Source: Fibrobacteria bacterium (GTDB lineage Bacteria; Fibrobacterota; Fibrobacteria; UBA11236; JADFYW01). From it: a DNA stretch of 64,000 nt. Every line of letters begins with the position of its first letter. Position 1 is the first letter of the stretch. The position numbers were made by a program, and so were the translations under genes. The stretch lies in assembly GCA_050294405.1 (NCBI GenBank), contig JBNKOC010000016.1, positions 1 through 64,000 on the forward strand. The letters are read 5' to 3'. Positions 49,360 to 58,557 of the stretch are shown here, piece after piece. The notes beneath the pieces were generated by a model. That model searched no databases. It was not told the origin of the DNA and saw only the letters and a list, made by a program, of their open reading frames with translations.

Positions 49360-51924
49360 ATGATTAAAAACCGGGGACTAATAATCATCCTTTCTGCTGG
49401 CTTCCTTCTCAAAACCATATTCGGGCAGGACTACGCAGGACTACAAAAAATAGCGCTTGAATTTTACGCCTATCAAAGAGCTGGAATTCAGGATGGAACC
49501 AATCCGCACAATCCTTTTTATAATCAATCTCCTTATCCGCATGCCGGGGATAGCTACAATGGAAATGATATGAGCGGTGGCTGGTATGATGCCGGCGATT
49601 TTGTGAAGTTTGGACTAAACATGGGCTTTGCAGCCTACACTTTATTAAAAGGTTACGATGTTTTTCCCAGAGGTTATGACGATGATTATGGTTTAAGCAA
49701 TACATCAGCCTCAGACGGTATTCCAGATGTATTGAATCAGGCTAAATATGCTACAGATTATTTTCTTAAGGCAGTGGTCAGTAACTCCACAGTTGTGATG
49801 GATATGGGCCAGGCCAGCCAGGAACATGGAGATATAAATCAAAGTGGCTATCAGGCCTCCCAAGCTTTTCCCAATCGTCCAGCCATATTGGCGGATGGAG
49901 CAGATGTTCCTGGATTTTATGCGGCTACATTGGCATTAATGTCTATTGTTTACCGCACCCACGATGCGGCCTATGCGGACCAATGCGTAGCCAAAGCGAA
50001 GCAAGCTTTTGAATTTGGATTAACCCACCGAAAAATTTGTACCCCGCAAACCAAAGCGGGGGCAGCTCTCTATACTTCCAAAGGCTGGGAAGACAAAATG
50101 GCCCTGGCTGCTGTTGAATTGTTTCGGGCCACAGGGGACGCAACTTACATGGAATGGGCTCTGGAATTTCAGCAAAGTGTGAGCTCCCATTATTTTGCAG
50201 TGGGCTATGACCATGTTGGCGATTACTCAGCCTTTGAATTATACAGACAGGGAGTCAATGCCACAGCTGCCTGGATGGCGGATGTAAGCACCATTTTAAA
50301 CAGGCAGGCCACCGGCCCGGCTCTTATTAAAGACGCATATGTACCTTCGGATTGGGGCAATGCCGGTCATGCCGGAAACTCCGCCTTTTCCCTGGCTTTA
50401 GCTTTTTCCTTAAAGGGAAATGACAAATACAAAGATTTTGCATTCCAGCAGGTGGAATGGGTATCAGGAATGGGTTCCTATCCCAGATCCTATGTAATGG
50501 GCTTTAATAGCGGACCTAACAATCCCCACCACCGTAACGATGCGACCATTGGAGGATTAAAGGGTTCTGTTTTATCGGGTCCTGCTCCTGATGGCGCCTT
50601 TGATCCAGCCAATCCGGAAAATTCCAATTGGAACTTTGTGGACGATAGAAACCAATACAAATATACCGAACCGGCCATAAACTACAATGCCGGTCTTATT
50701 GGAGCTTTGGCTTTTATTAAAGATTATACAAATCCGCCAGCGGGCTTAGTGCGTATTTCCTCCCCCATGGTGGTTGTAAAAGATCCACTGGACTTAAACG
50801 AAGGAGCTCAAACTGCAACCGTGGGCTTTGAATCGGCTCAAAACTGGACGGTTCAATTTTTGGGAGAAGTGAGCGGTGCATACAAAAATTACACCGGAAC
50901 AGGAGCATCAGCCTCTGTAACATGGGACGGCACATCTGATGAAGGTTCTTTTGTTGCTGGTGAAAAAGTAGTGGTTAAAGTGGTAAGTGACTTGATAGCC
51001 AGTTATCATCAGGAAATAAGCCGCACTTCATTTTTCTTGTCCAGTACGTTAAAACAGCCTTTTACCGCAGCTGATATTCTCCTTTCCGATTTTAATGATG
51101 GCGCATTGGCCAATACCCTCGGCGGAGCCTGGGAAACCTTTGATGACAAGGTTTTGGGCGGGGCATCATATGTGAGCCCTTCAACCTTAACAGAGGCTAA
51201 CTCTATTACTGCCGCCGGTGAAAGCGAAACAAAAGGCTTAAAAGTAAGGCTTATCGGCAAAGCCGGGGTGGAACATCCCCATGCCGGTATTCGCACGACC
51301 TTTAATGCTACTGGCGCCCCCATGGCCTTGGGCGGCTTTACCAGCGTGGTATTTGATATACAACCTGCAACGGTGGATGCTGTTTTATATGTCGAGTTTG
51401 AACAACCCAGTGTCACTGATGGGGCATACCCCGGAGTGGCCATACCATTAACATCTACCAATTGGTCGCGGATTCGTTTGCCCGTTTCTGTTTTTCAACA
51501 GCCCGATTGGAAAACAACCGCTGTAAATTTAAATCGAAATGAAGTGACCGCCTTAAGATTTACATATTACGGTGAAAGCAACGTATCTTTCACTCTCGAC
51601 AATGTTCATATTGAAAACATGGTTCCCGGACAAGTTATTTCTGTGGAAGAGCCCAGCCGTAAACTTTTAGACAATCGTAAATTCCGTTTTGCCAACGGCT
51701 CCCTGCAATTCGAAATGGGAGGGAAATACGACAGAGCTCAAGCGAATTTGAAGTTGATGGATTTAAAAGGCCAACTGGCTTACGAATCACTACTATCATT
51801 TGATAGAAACGGAAATGTTGCTTTTGCACTTCCCGAGCAATTGTCAAAAGGTATTTATTTTTTCAGTTTGGGAAACAATCTTTCCGAAAGAATGTATTCT
51901 GGAAAAATTGTTATTTCTCAATAA
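49360..51924 (+). CDS. GH9 endoglucanase with Ig-like, CBM11-like and C-terminal sorting domains
   Basis: SGGWYDAGDFVKFG, PHHR and DDRNQYKYTEPAINYNAG GH9 motifs; LLSDFNDG..NTLGGAW...FQQPDW...LDNV module. Confidence 0.93.
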   Translation: MIKNRGLIIILSAGFLLKTIFGQDYAGLQKIALEFYAYQRAGIQDGTNPHNPFYNQSPYPHAGDSYNGNDMSGGWYDAGDFVKFGLNMGFAAYTLLKGYDVFPRGYDDDYGLSNTSASDGIPDVLNQAKYATDYFLKAVVSNSTVVMDMGQASQEHGDINQSGYQASQAFPNRPAILADGADVPGFYAATLALMSIVYRTHDAAYADQCVAKAKQAFEFGLTHRKICTPQTKAGAALYTSKGWEDKMALAAVELFRATGDATYMEWALEFQQSVSSHYFAVGYDHVGDYSAFELYRQGVNATAAWMADVSTILNRQATGPALIKDAYVPSDWGNAGHAGNSAFSLALAFSLKGNDKYKDFAFQQVEWVSGMGSYPRSYVMGFNSGPNNPHHRNDATIGGLKGSVLSGPAPDGAFDPANPENSNWNFVDDRNQYKYTEPAINYNAGLIGALAFIKDYTNPPAGLVRISSPMVVVKDPLDLNEGAQTATVGFESAQNWTVQFLGEVSGAYKNYTGTGASASVTWDGTSDEGSFVAGEKVVVKVVSDLIASYHQEISRTSFFLSSTLKQPFTAADILLSDFNDGALANTLGGAWETFDDKVLGGASYVSPSTLTEANSITAAGESETKGLKVRLIGKAGVEHPHAGIRTTFNATGAPMALGGFTSVVFDIQPATVDAVLYVEFEQPSVTDGAYPGVAIPLTSTNWSRIRLPVSVFQQPDWKTTAVNLNRNEVTALRFTYYGESNVSFTLDNVHIENMVPGQVISVEEPSRKLLDNRKFRFANGSLQFEMGGKYDRAQANLKLMDLKGQLAYESLLSFDRNGNVAFALPEQLSKGIYFFSLGNNLSERMYSGKIVISQ

Positions 51925-51951
51925 TCGAATCACTTTTAACCCCCCGGTATT

Positions 51952-54414
51952 ATGTCAAATTACGGATATTTTGATGATGAAAACAGAGAGTACGTTGTAA
52001 CCAATCCAAAAACTCCTGTTAAATGGATAAATTATTTAGGGACACTTGAGTTTGGTGGAATTATCGATCAAACCGGTGGCGCACTGCTATGTAAAGGTGA
52101 TCCAGCCCTCAACCGAATCTTAAAATATATTCCTCAACTGCCCGCCAGTGATTTTAAAGGGCAGACCATGTATTTGAGAGTTGAAAATGAAAATGGCTAC
52201 GAGTTGCTGGCCCCGTTTTTTGTGCCTGTTTTAAAGGAACCCGACAGCTACCAATGCAGAGTGGGTTTGGGTTATAACAGATACATATCGGATTTTTCCG
52301 GTTTGATTTGTGATGTTACTGTATTTGTGCCCCGTGGAAAGGCTGTGGAAATTTCAAAAGTCCGTATTGAAAATAATTCGGGAAAAAGTCTTAAAGTGGA
52401 TGTTATCCCCGTTTCCGAGTTTACCCATTTTGACGCCCTAAAGCAGTTTAACAATGCAGACTGGGTTCCCCAAACCATGGAATCCCGCGCCTACTGGGAA
52501 AAAGACGGCAAACTGATTTTAACCCAATGCGCCTTTATGCAGATTAATAGGCAGATGAACTATACATCAGCCAATATTCCCGCTCAATCCTTTGAAACAG
52601 ATAGAAAAAACTTTTTAGGTAATAATGAGTACGGCTCTTTTAAGGAACCTTTGAGTTTATTGTCGGAAAAATTATCAAATACCCAAGCCAACAGAGGCGA
52701 TAACATACATGCCACTTTGTATGAATTAGGTGAGATTAAATCCGGGGAATCCCGGGAAATGGTTTTTCTGTTGGGCCAGGAACAAAACTTGGATAAAATC
52801 AAAGCCTCTGTGGCTGAATTCCAAAGTTTGGAAAGCGTTAACGCAGCTTTAAAAGAGTTGAAAGACTGGTGGGAAAACTTTCTCAGTTCCATGCATGTGG
52901 AAACATCCGATGCCATGTTTAACTCCATGATAAATATTCATAACCCCCGGCAATGTTATATCACCAAAAATTGGTCCCGTTATTTAAGTCTTTATCAATT
53001 GGGCCTCGGCGCGCGCGGCATAGGCTACAGGGACAGCTCTCAGGATGTTATGGGAGTTATGGACAGAATTCCAGAAGAAGCCATGCAGTTGGTCAGTAAA
53101 ATTATTAGCGTGCAAAAAAGAGACGGTTCAGCTATGCACCAGTTCAATCCTCTTAGCATGGTGGCCAATGAAGGTGATTCCAGAGAAGAAAAGGACAGGC
53201 CAAAATACTATGGCGATGACCACCTTTGGCCCGTTATTAGCATTTGTCAATATGTAAAAGAAACAGGCGATGTTTCTATTCTGGACTCTGAAGTTCCTTT
53301 TTACGACAAGGATGATAACAAGCAGTTTATTGAAAAAGGCCCCGTAAAGGAACATCTTTTCAGAGCTTTGGATTTCAGCTGGAAAAACCGGGGCAAAAAT
53401 GGAATTCCTTTATTGGGATTTGCTGATTGGAACGATTCGGTGAATTTGCCCACAGGAGCTCAGTCCTTTTTTGTGGCCTCCCTTTTTGGGAAGGCATTGT
53501 ATGAGCTAATAGGACTTTGTGAATCTATGGGTTGGGAAGAGGAAACGAATAAGTACCAGGGCATATATAACGAACTCCAAAAAATCTTTAATGAAGAAGC
53601 CTGGGATGGAGCTTGGTTTCGCAGATACATTGATTGGAATGGTAAACTAATTGGGTCCAAATCCAATACTATGGGCCAGATATATTGCAACGGACAGTCC
53701 TGGCCGGTTTTGGCGGGTTTCCCTCCCAAAGAAAAGGCCGAAACAGCTCTCGATTCATTGAGAGAAAGGCTAAATACCAAATACGGCATAAAACTCAGCA
53801 CACCTGGTTACAATGGTTTTGATCCCAATATTGGTGGGGTAACCACTTATCCTCCAGGAGCCAAAGAAAATGGCGGAATTTTCCTCCATTCCAACCCCTG
53901 GGTGATTATTGCTGAATGTATTTTGGGCCGTGGCGACAGGGCTTATGAATATTACAGCCAAATAAATCCCGCTCAGAAAAACGACATGATTGATATTTTT
54001 GAAGTAGAGCCTTATGTGTACCCCCAAAATATTTTAGGGGACGAGCATCCACAGTTTGGCTTAGGACGTAATTCTTGGTTATCCGGTACTTCCGCCTGGA
54101 TGTATGTGGCTGCCACTCAGTATATTTTGGGAATAAGGCCCCATTATAATCAGCTTATAATTGACCCTTGCATTCCTAAAGAATGGGATTCCTTTAAAGT
54201 TATGCGAAAATGGAGAGGAATAACCTTTAATATCACAGTTCAAAATCCTCAGAAAGTATCCAGTGGAGTTACCAGCATTCAGTTGAATGGGCAAACTATT
54301 CCGGATTGGATATCGCTGGAAGGTTTGCCTGAAACCTGTGATGTTGTGGTGACTTTGGGAGAGGGGGGGAGACGTCATACCCCCATTAAAGAAAGCCTGA
54401 GCCAACTGGCTTAA
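51952..54414 (+). CDS. GH94 glycoside phosphorylase (cellobiose/cellodextrin phosphorylase-like), cytoplasmic
   Basis: YGYFDDENREYV, GYRDSSQD, DDHLW, ADWND (catalytic D), KENGGIFLHSNPW, SWLSGTSAW; no signal peptide. Confidence 0.93.
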   Translation: MSNYGYFDDENREYVVTNPKTPVKWINYLGTLEFGGIIDQTGGALLCKGDPALNRILKYIPQLPASDFKGQTMYLRVENENGYELLAPFFVPVLKEPDSYQCRVGLGYNRYISDFSGLICDVTVFVPRGKAVEISKVRIENNSGKSLKVDVIPVSEFTHFDALKQFNNADWVPQTMESRAYWEKDGKLILTQCAFMQINRQMNYTSANIPAQSFETDRKNFLGNNEYGSFKEPLSLLSEKLSNTQANRGDNIHATLYELGEIKSGESREMVFLLGQEQNLDKIKASVAEFQSLESVNAALKELKDWWENFLSSMHVETSDAMFNSMINIHNPRQCYITKNWSRYLSLYQLGLGARGIGYRDSSQDVMGVMDRIPEEAMQLVSKIISVQKRDGSAMHQFNPLSMVANEGDSREEKDRPKYYGDDHLWPVISICQYVKETGDVSILDSEVPFYDKDDNKQFIEKGPVKEHLFRALDFSWKNRGKNGIPLLGFADWNDSVNLPTGAQSFFVASLFGKALYELIGLCESMGWEEETNKYQGIYNELQKIFNEEAWDGAWFRRYIDWNGKLIGSKSNTMGQIYCNGQSWPVLAGFPPKEKAETALDSLRERLNTKYGIKLSTPGYNGFDPNIGGVTTYPPGAKENGGIFLHSNPWVIIAECILGRGDRAYEYYSQINPAQKNDMIDIFEVEPYVYPQNILGDEHPQFGLGRNSWLSGTSAWMYVAATQYILGIRPHYNQLIIDPCIPKEWDSFKVMRKWRGITFNITVQNPQKVSSGVTSIQLNGQTIPDWISLEGLPETCDVVVTLGEGGRRHTPIKESLSQLA

Positions 54415-54427
54415 TTCCAATTTTTTT

Positions 54428-54463
54428 AAAAGTCCGGGAGTATTTTGCTTCCGGACTTTTTTT
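54428..54463 (+). terminator. Rho-independent terminator
   Basis: AAAAGTCCGGGAG...CTTCCGGACTTTT stem with T tract. Confidence 0.8.
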
Positions 54464-54689
54464 ATGCGATTTAAAATGCGGGCAGGGTATTTTCTTAATT
54501 GGCTTTTGCTTTTTTGATCTGAATATATGTGGGGGTTTTTGGGCTTAAATTAAAAGCATGCGCTGTAAAAATAGGGTTAGTCAGCTTAATTTTTTCAAGG
54601 CAGGCTAATCTTTCAAAATGAGAATAGCTGTCTAAATAATTTAAAAGCTGAATTAATAAACGAAATGACTAACTAAAGATGGAGCTAGG

Positions 54690-56867
54690 CTACCGCAAAG
54701 ACTTGGCGCCTTGCATATCGCCTTTAGCTTCCAAGGCTCTTTGATAGCTTTGGACAACATTTCTGCGCAAGCTATCCTGAGTGTTTACCAGGTTATCCAG
54801 ACTGGATTTGAAGTACTTTATGGCCTGGTCGTAATTCTGCTCCTGCATGTATATCAGCCCCACACGATGCATTAAACTGGGCACCCGGTAGTGATTGGGA
54901 TACTTTCTGATGTAGCGCAAATAATATTCAGCGGCTTTAACAGGATTGTCCTTGATTTCCAGCTCGGCAAGACGCAACCAACTTTCACCTGTGAAAATGC
55001 CTTTGGGGTAATTTTTTAAATAGTTTTCAAATGCTTTTTTGGACTCCAAAGGACTGCGGAAGTGTTTGGCTTTAAGGCGGGCAAGGCTGAAATGGGCGTT
55101 TTCTTTTTCAATGGCGCTGCTTTTTGAGGCAGTTATAATATGCTGGTAAATGGCCGCAGCTTCCTTCCAGCTTTTATTTTCCAGTAAATTGGCCTTAACA
55201 AGCATCTCGCTGATGCTGCTTTTGGGCTCAACCTTTTTGACTGGCGCTTCGATAGGTTCCACCACTTCCACTTTTTCTTCTTTTGCCGGAAGGAGCTTGG
55301 GTTTGGCTCTGGCAACTCTGGTGGCTTGTTTTTCCGGCTGAGATTCCAGATAAACCATAGCGTTGTCTTCGGATAAGAAAATGGTGGTGTCTTTTGTGAT
55401 ATATCCGTCTTTTTGAATCACTACCTGATATTTGCCCTGAGGTTGCAGGGCTGCCAAAGGAGCAACTCCCATTTTAAGGCCATTCAGATATATAACAGCG
55501 CCGTCGATGTTAGTGCTGATCTTAAGAGAAGCGTAGTTCTCCAATTTATCCACTGAAGGAGGCTTGGCGATAGCCTCTCTGGAAACTTTGTCTCCATTTT
55601 CCAGAATAACATAGCGACCTTGTTTAATATCGAAATAAAAGGACTGCCCGGCTTTAACTTCTAAAACCTCGTTATCGTGGGTGGCTATTTCCACTTTGCC
55701 TTCCAGAACTTTGGTGCTGAATTTTCCGGGAGCGGATTCCTGCATTTCAAAGTAAGTGCCTAAAACCCGAACCTCGTAATCGGGTGTATGTATTTTGTAC
55801 TGCCCCTTTATGGAAGATTTAGTCACAAAGAATTTAGCGCTTTGTTCGCCTTTCTTGGAAAGAGGGTCTAACTTGTAGGCCACATTCTTCCTATTGGCAG
55901 ATAAAATGGAAAGTTTAGAACCGTTTTCCAGCTCAACAAAACCACGCTGGTTGACCAAAGTTAAACTGGTGTTCTTTTTAGATTCGATTTGGCTGCCTGG
56001 ATAATAGGTCTTTTTTAAATCTTCTTTAATTTCGCCCTGGCTTTTGTAAACCAAAGTGGGCAAGTCTCTATAGTCGTCTTTATAGGCATCCCAGCTGTAC
56101 CAGCCGATGGCGCTTACAAGCAGCACCACCACCAGAGATTTTACCACTGGATTCAGAGCTCCAAACCAGCCCAAGCCAAGCCAGGTAGAAGCAGGAGAAA
56201 TTTTTTCCAGCTTTTCTTTGCGCTCAATGCGGGCCATGATGTTTTCTTCCACATCTTCAAAGGCTTCCAGGGATAAATGTTCATCCCGCTTTAAAACAGC
56301 TTCCCAGGGCTCTAGCTTATCCACGGCATCCATCATAGCTTGCAACCTGTCGGGGCTGCCAATTTCAGGAAGAACATGTTCAGAATCGTCGGATTCCAAA
56401 ATTTGTTCCCAACTGTCCTTGGACTGTTCTTCTTCAATGCGGTTTAAAAGCTTTTCTTCAATGCGCTCCCAGTCGCCCTGGCCGAGCATTTCCTGGGATT
56501 TGATAACGCTTTCCCAGTCTTCCAATTCCTGAACTTTTAATATATCCGATTCAATTTTATCCTGCAGTCTCTCCCATTGGGCGTCGGGCAAATCCTCTTT
56601 GCGGGATATGTATTCGCCTATGGTCTCGTCGTATTCCTGGTACTCAGTAATCTGGTGGAATAATTTGTTTTCCAGACTGTCCCAATCCACATGTTGATCA
56701 TTAACATGAACCTTAAGTTCCAAAAGAGGGTCCACGCTGTTTAATTTTTCAATACGGTCAAAAAGACGCTGCTCCATTTGGGCGTAATTAATATGGCCAT
56801 CTGAAAGCTCTGCGCGGAGCCCTTCCAGGAACTGCTGCCATTCTAAATTTTTGTCTTCTTCACCCAT
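54690..56867 (-). CDS. FecR-like anti-sigma factor with N-terminal acidic repeats, one TM helix, PEGA and TPR domains
   Basis: Directly downstream of the ECF sigma; TM VVKSLVVVLLVSAIGWY; FecR IHTPDYEVRVLGTYF...VLEGKVEI; PEGA ISTNIDGAVIYLNG..GVAP; TPR YLKNYPKG, YIRKYPNH. Confidence 0.85.
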   Translation of the reverse strand: MGEEDKNLEWQQFLEGLRAELSDGHINYAQMEQRLFDRIEKLNSVDPLLELKVHVNDQHVDWDSLENKLFHQITEYQEYDETIGEYISRKEDLPDAQWERLQDKIESDILKVQELEDWESVIKSQEMLGQGDWERIEEKLLNRIEEEQSKDSWEQILESDDSEHVLPEIGSPDRLQAMMDAVDKLEPWEAVLKRDEHLSLEAFEDVEENIMARIERKEKLEKISPASTWLGLGWFGALNPVVKSLVVVLLVSAIGWYSWDAYKDDYRDLPTLVYKSQGEIKEDLKKTYYPGSQIESKKNTSLTLVNQRGFVELENGSKLSILSANRKNVAYKLDPLSKKGEQSAKFFVTKSSIKGQYKIHTPDYEVRVLGTYFEMQESAPGKFSTKVLEGKVEIATHDNEVLEVKAGQSFYFDIKQGRYVILENGDKVSREAIAKPPSVDKLENYASLKISTNIDGAVIYLNGLKMGVAPLAALQPQGKYQVVIQKDGYITKDTTIFLSEDNAMVYLESQPEKQATRVARAKPKLLPAKEEKVEVVEPIEAPVKKVEPKSSISEMLVKANLLENKSWKEAAAIYQHIITASKSSAIEKENAHFSLARLKAKHFRSPLESKKAFENYLKNYPKGIFTGESWLRLAELEIKDNPVKAAEYYLRYIRKYPNHYRVPSLMHRVGLIYMQEQNYDQAIKYFKSSLDNLVNTQDSLRRNVVQSYQRALEAKGDMQGAKSLR

Positions 56868-56917
56868 TTTATTCTATTAAATTAAAAACTCGTTTTCTGT
56901 TTGTTTAAACTGCGACC

Positions 56918-57484
56918 TCAAGAATCCACAGAATCCAGGTACTCCCTGATTTTTTTTCTGGCTGTAAATAATCTGCTTTTTACGGAACCCTCCGGAATGC
57001 TTAAAATCCCGGCTATTTCGTTTAAATCCAATTCACTATATATGTTAAGCACTACAGGAATACGCAGGCGGTCATCCAAAGTATCCAGCGCTTTTTCAAC
57101 TAAATTTTTCAATTCGTAATTTTTTCCATGGCTCATGCCCCTGTGTGCAATTTCATATTCCAAATCATCCATGGAGGTGGTTTGGTTCGGGGAAATACGC
57201 TTGGCTGCCTGTTGACGACGCCAGTGAGCCGTACATGTGTTAATCACCACTCGGTGAAACCAGGTTTTAAAGGAGGAGTCGCCCTGAAAAGTTTTTAAAG
57301 ACAGATAAATCTGGAAAAAGACTTCCTGCAGCAAATCTTCATGCTCACCTTTATGTCCGGTGATTTTGTAAATCAAATTATATGCGTAACTGCGATACAT
57401 TCTAAAGATTTCCTTGAACGCTGCCTGGTTCCCCGATTTTGCTTGTTCTATTAACTCCGTTGTTTGATCGAACTCTGGTTTCAT
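56918..57484 (-). CDS. ECF-family RNA polymerase sigma-70 factor
   Basis: AKSGNQAAF, EDLLQEVF, SSFKTWFHRVVIN (region 2); EIAGILSIPEGSVKSRLFTAR (region 4). Confidence 0.95.
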   Translation of the reverse strand: MKPEFDQTTELIEQAKSGNQAAFKEIFRMYRSYAYNLIYKITGHKGEHEDLLQEVFFQIYLSLKTFQGDSSFKTWFHRVVINTCTAHWRRQQAAKRISPNQTTSMDDLEYEIAHRGMSHGKNYELKNLVEKALDTLDDRLRIPVVLNIYSELDLNEIAGILSIPEGSVKSRLFTARKKIREYLDSVDS

Positions 57485-57515
57485 AGATCTATTCCCCTAA
57501 GTGATGCTATTAAGA

Positions 57516-57543
57516 TTAGTATGATTCAATGGATAAAAGTTCA
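57516..57543 (-). promoter_or_regulatory. Putative autoregulatory ECF promoter TGAAC-N18-ACTAA
   Basis: Minus strand TGAACTT...ACTAAT, 31 nt upstream of the sigma ATG; AGGGGA RBS follows. Confidence 0.65.
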
Positions 57544-57622
57544 AATTAATCATCGAAAGCTGAAAACATTAAAATAAACGCTGAAAATTTACTATTATTA
57601 TTCGAAGATGGACCTTATTGGT

Positions 57623-58540
57623 CTAAAAACTGAAGGAAAACCCCAAAGTTAGCAAGGAAAGGCCTGCTGCGCTCATCCACATTCTTTCCCAAAACTGGGC
57701 TTTATGGAACAATTCGGAGAATTTTTCCGGCCGATTGGTATAGTCATTTTCATTTAAAGCGGAATATTGATTGTAATAGTACTCCTGCATATAATAGCTT
57801 CCCAGTCCAGCTAAAATAAAGCCCGCTAGAGGATACATGGCTTTGGAATGGTAAAATCGCTTTTTTTTGAGTTTAATAATGTGTTTATGATATCCGGGCA
57901 CCATCAGATTTAATTTTTCCTCATAAGGCAAATAGCCTTTTTCATCGCTCTTTATGTGAATTTCTCCCAAAGGTATCACCAGTTCCATGGGAGTTGCCCC
58001 TTTGTAGCCGTTTTTAAGAGAAAAATTAACCTTTGCAGGTTCCGATTCGATGGCCAGATGGCAGACATATTGGTCGCGCAGGTTTTCTGCAATTTTTTCA
58101 GCCAGGATGTTCAAAGCTGCGGGGCTGGCTTCCAGTTCCAATTCGGCCAGTGGCCGTCTGAACCCTTCTCGCTCCATTTTGACTTTGCTAGCCCTGGAGG
58201 CTTCAATAACTCCAGCAACCAGATTGTAGCTATAGCTAAAGAGGCTGTCTGTTTCATTTTCTAGCTGCCTATCGTACTTTATGGCAATGATTTTATCTGA
58301 ATTTAGAAAGCCAGTCCCCTGAAGCTCCTGCCAGTCATTAAGGGCCAGGCAATAGCCTAATTGCAAAACACGGGGTTTTAGCTTTTCAAATAACTCCTTG
58401 GATATCTTTAGAGAGGCTGAATCTGTGTCGCTTCCTTTTATTAAAATCAATTTGGAGTGCTCCACAGGACAATCTCCAAAAGAGGGGCCAAGATTTGCCC
58501 CCAAAGTAAAAAGAAAAATACAAAGCTTAAATTTATTCAT
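57623..58540 (-). CDS. Exported PEGA-domain protein with C-terminal hydrophobic segments
   Basis: Signal peptide; LAIESEP...GATP...LGEIHI...KGYLPY PEGA pattern; two hydrophobic C-terminal stretches ending FSF. Confidence 0.7.
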   Translation of the reverse strand: MNKFKLCIFLFTLGANLGPSFGDCPVEHSKLILIKGSDTDSASLKISKELFEKLKPRVLQLGYCLALNDWQELQGTGFLNSDKIIAIKYDRQLENETDSLFSYSYNLVAGVIEASRASKVKMEREGFRRPLAELELEASPAALNILAEKIAENLRDQYVCHLAIESEPAKVNFSLKNGYKGATPMELVIPLGEIHIKSDEKGYLPYEEKLNLMVPGYHKHIIKLKKKRFYHSKAMYPLAGFILAGLGSYYMQEYYYNQYSALNENDYTNRPEKFSELFHKAQFWERMWMSAAGLSLLTLGFSFSF

Positions 58541-58557
58541 ACACCAGGTTTTGCACC

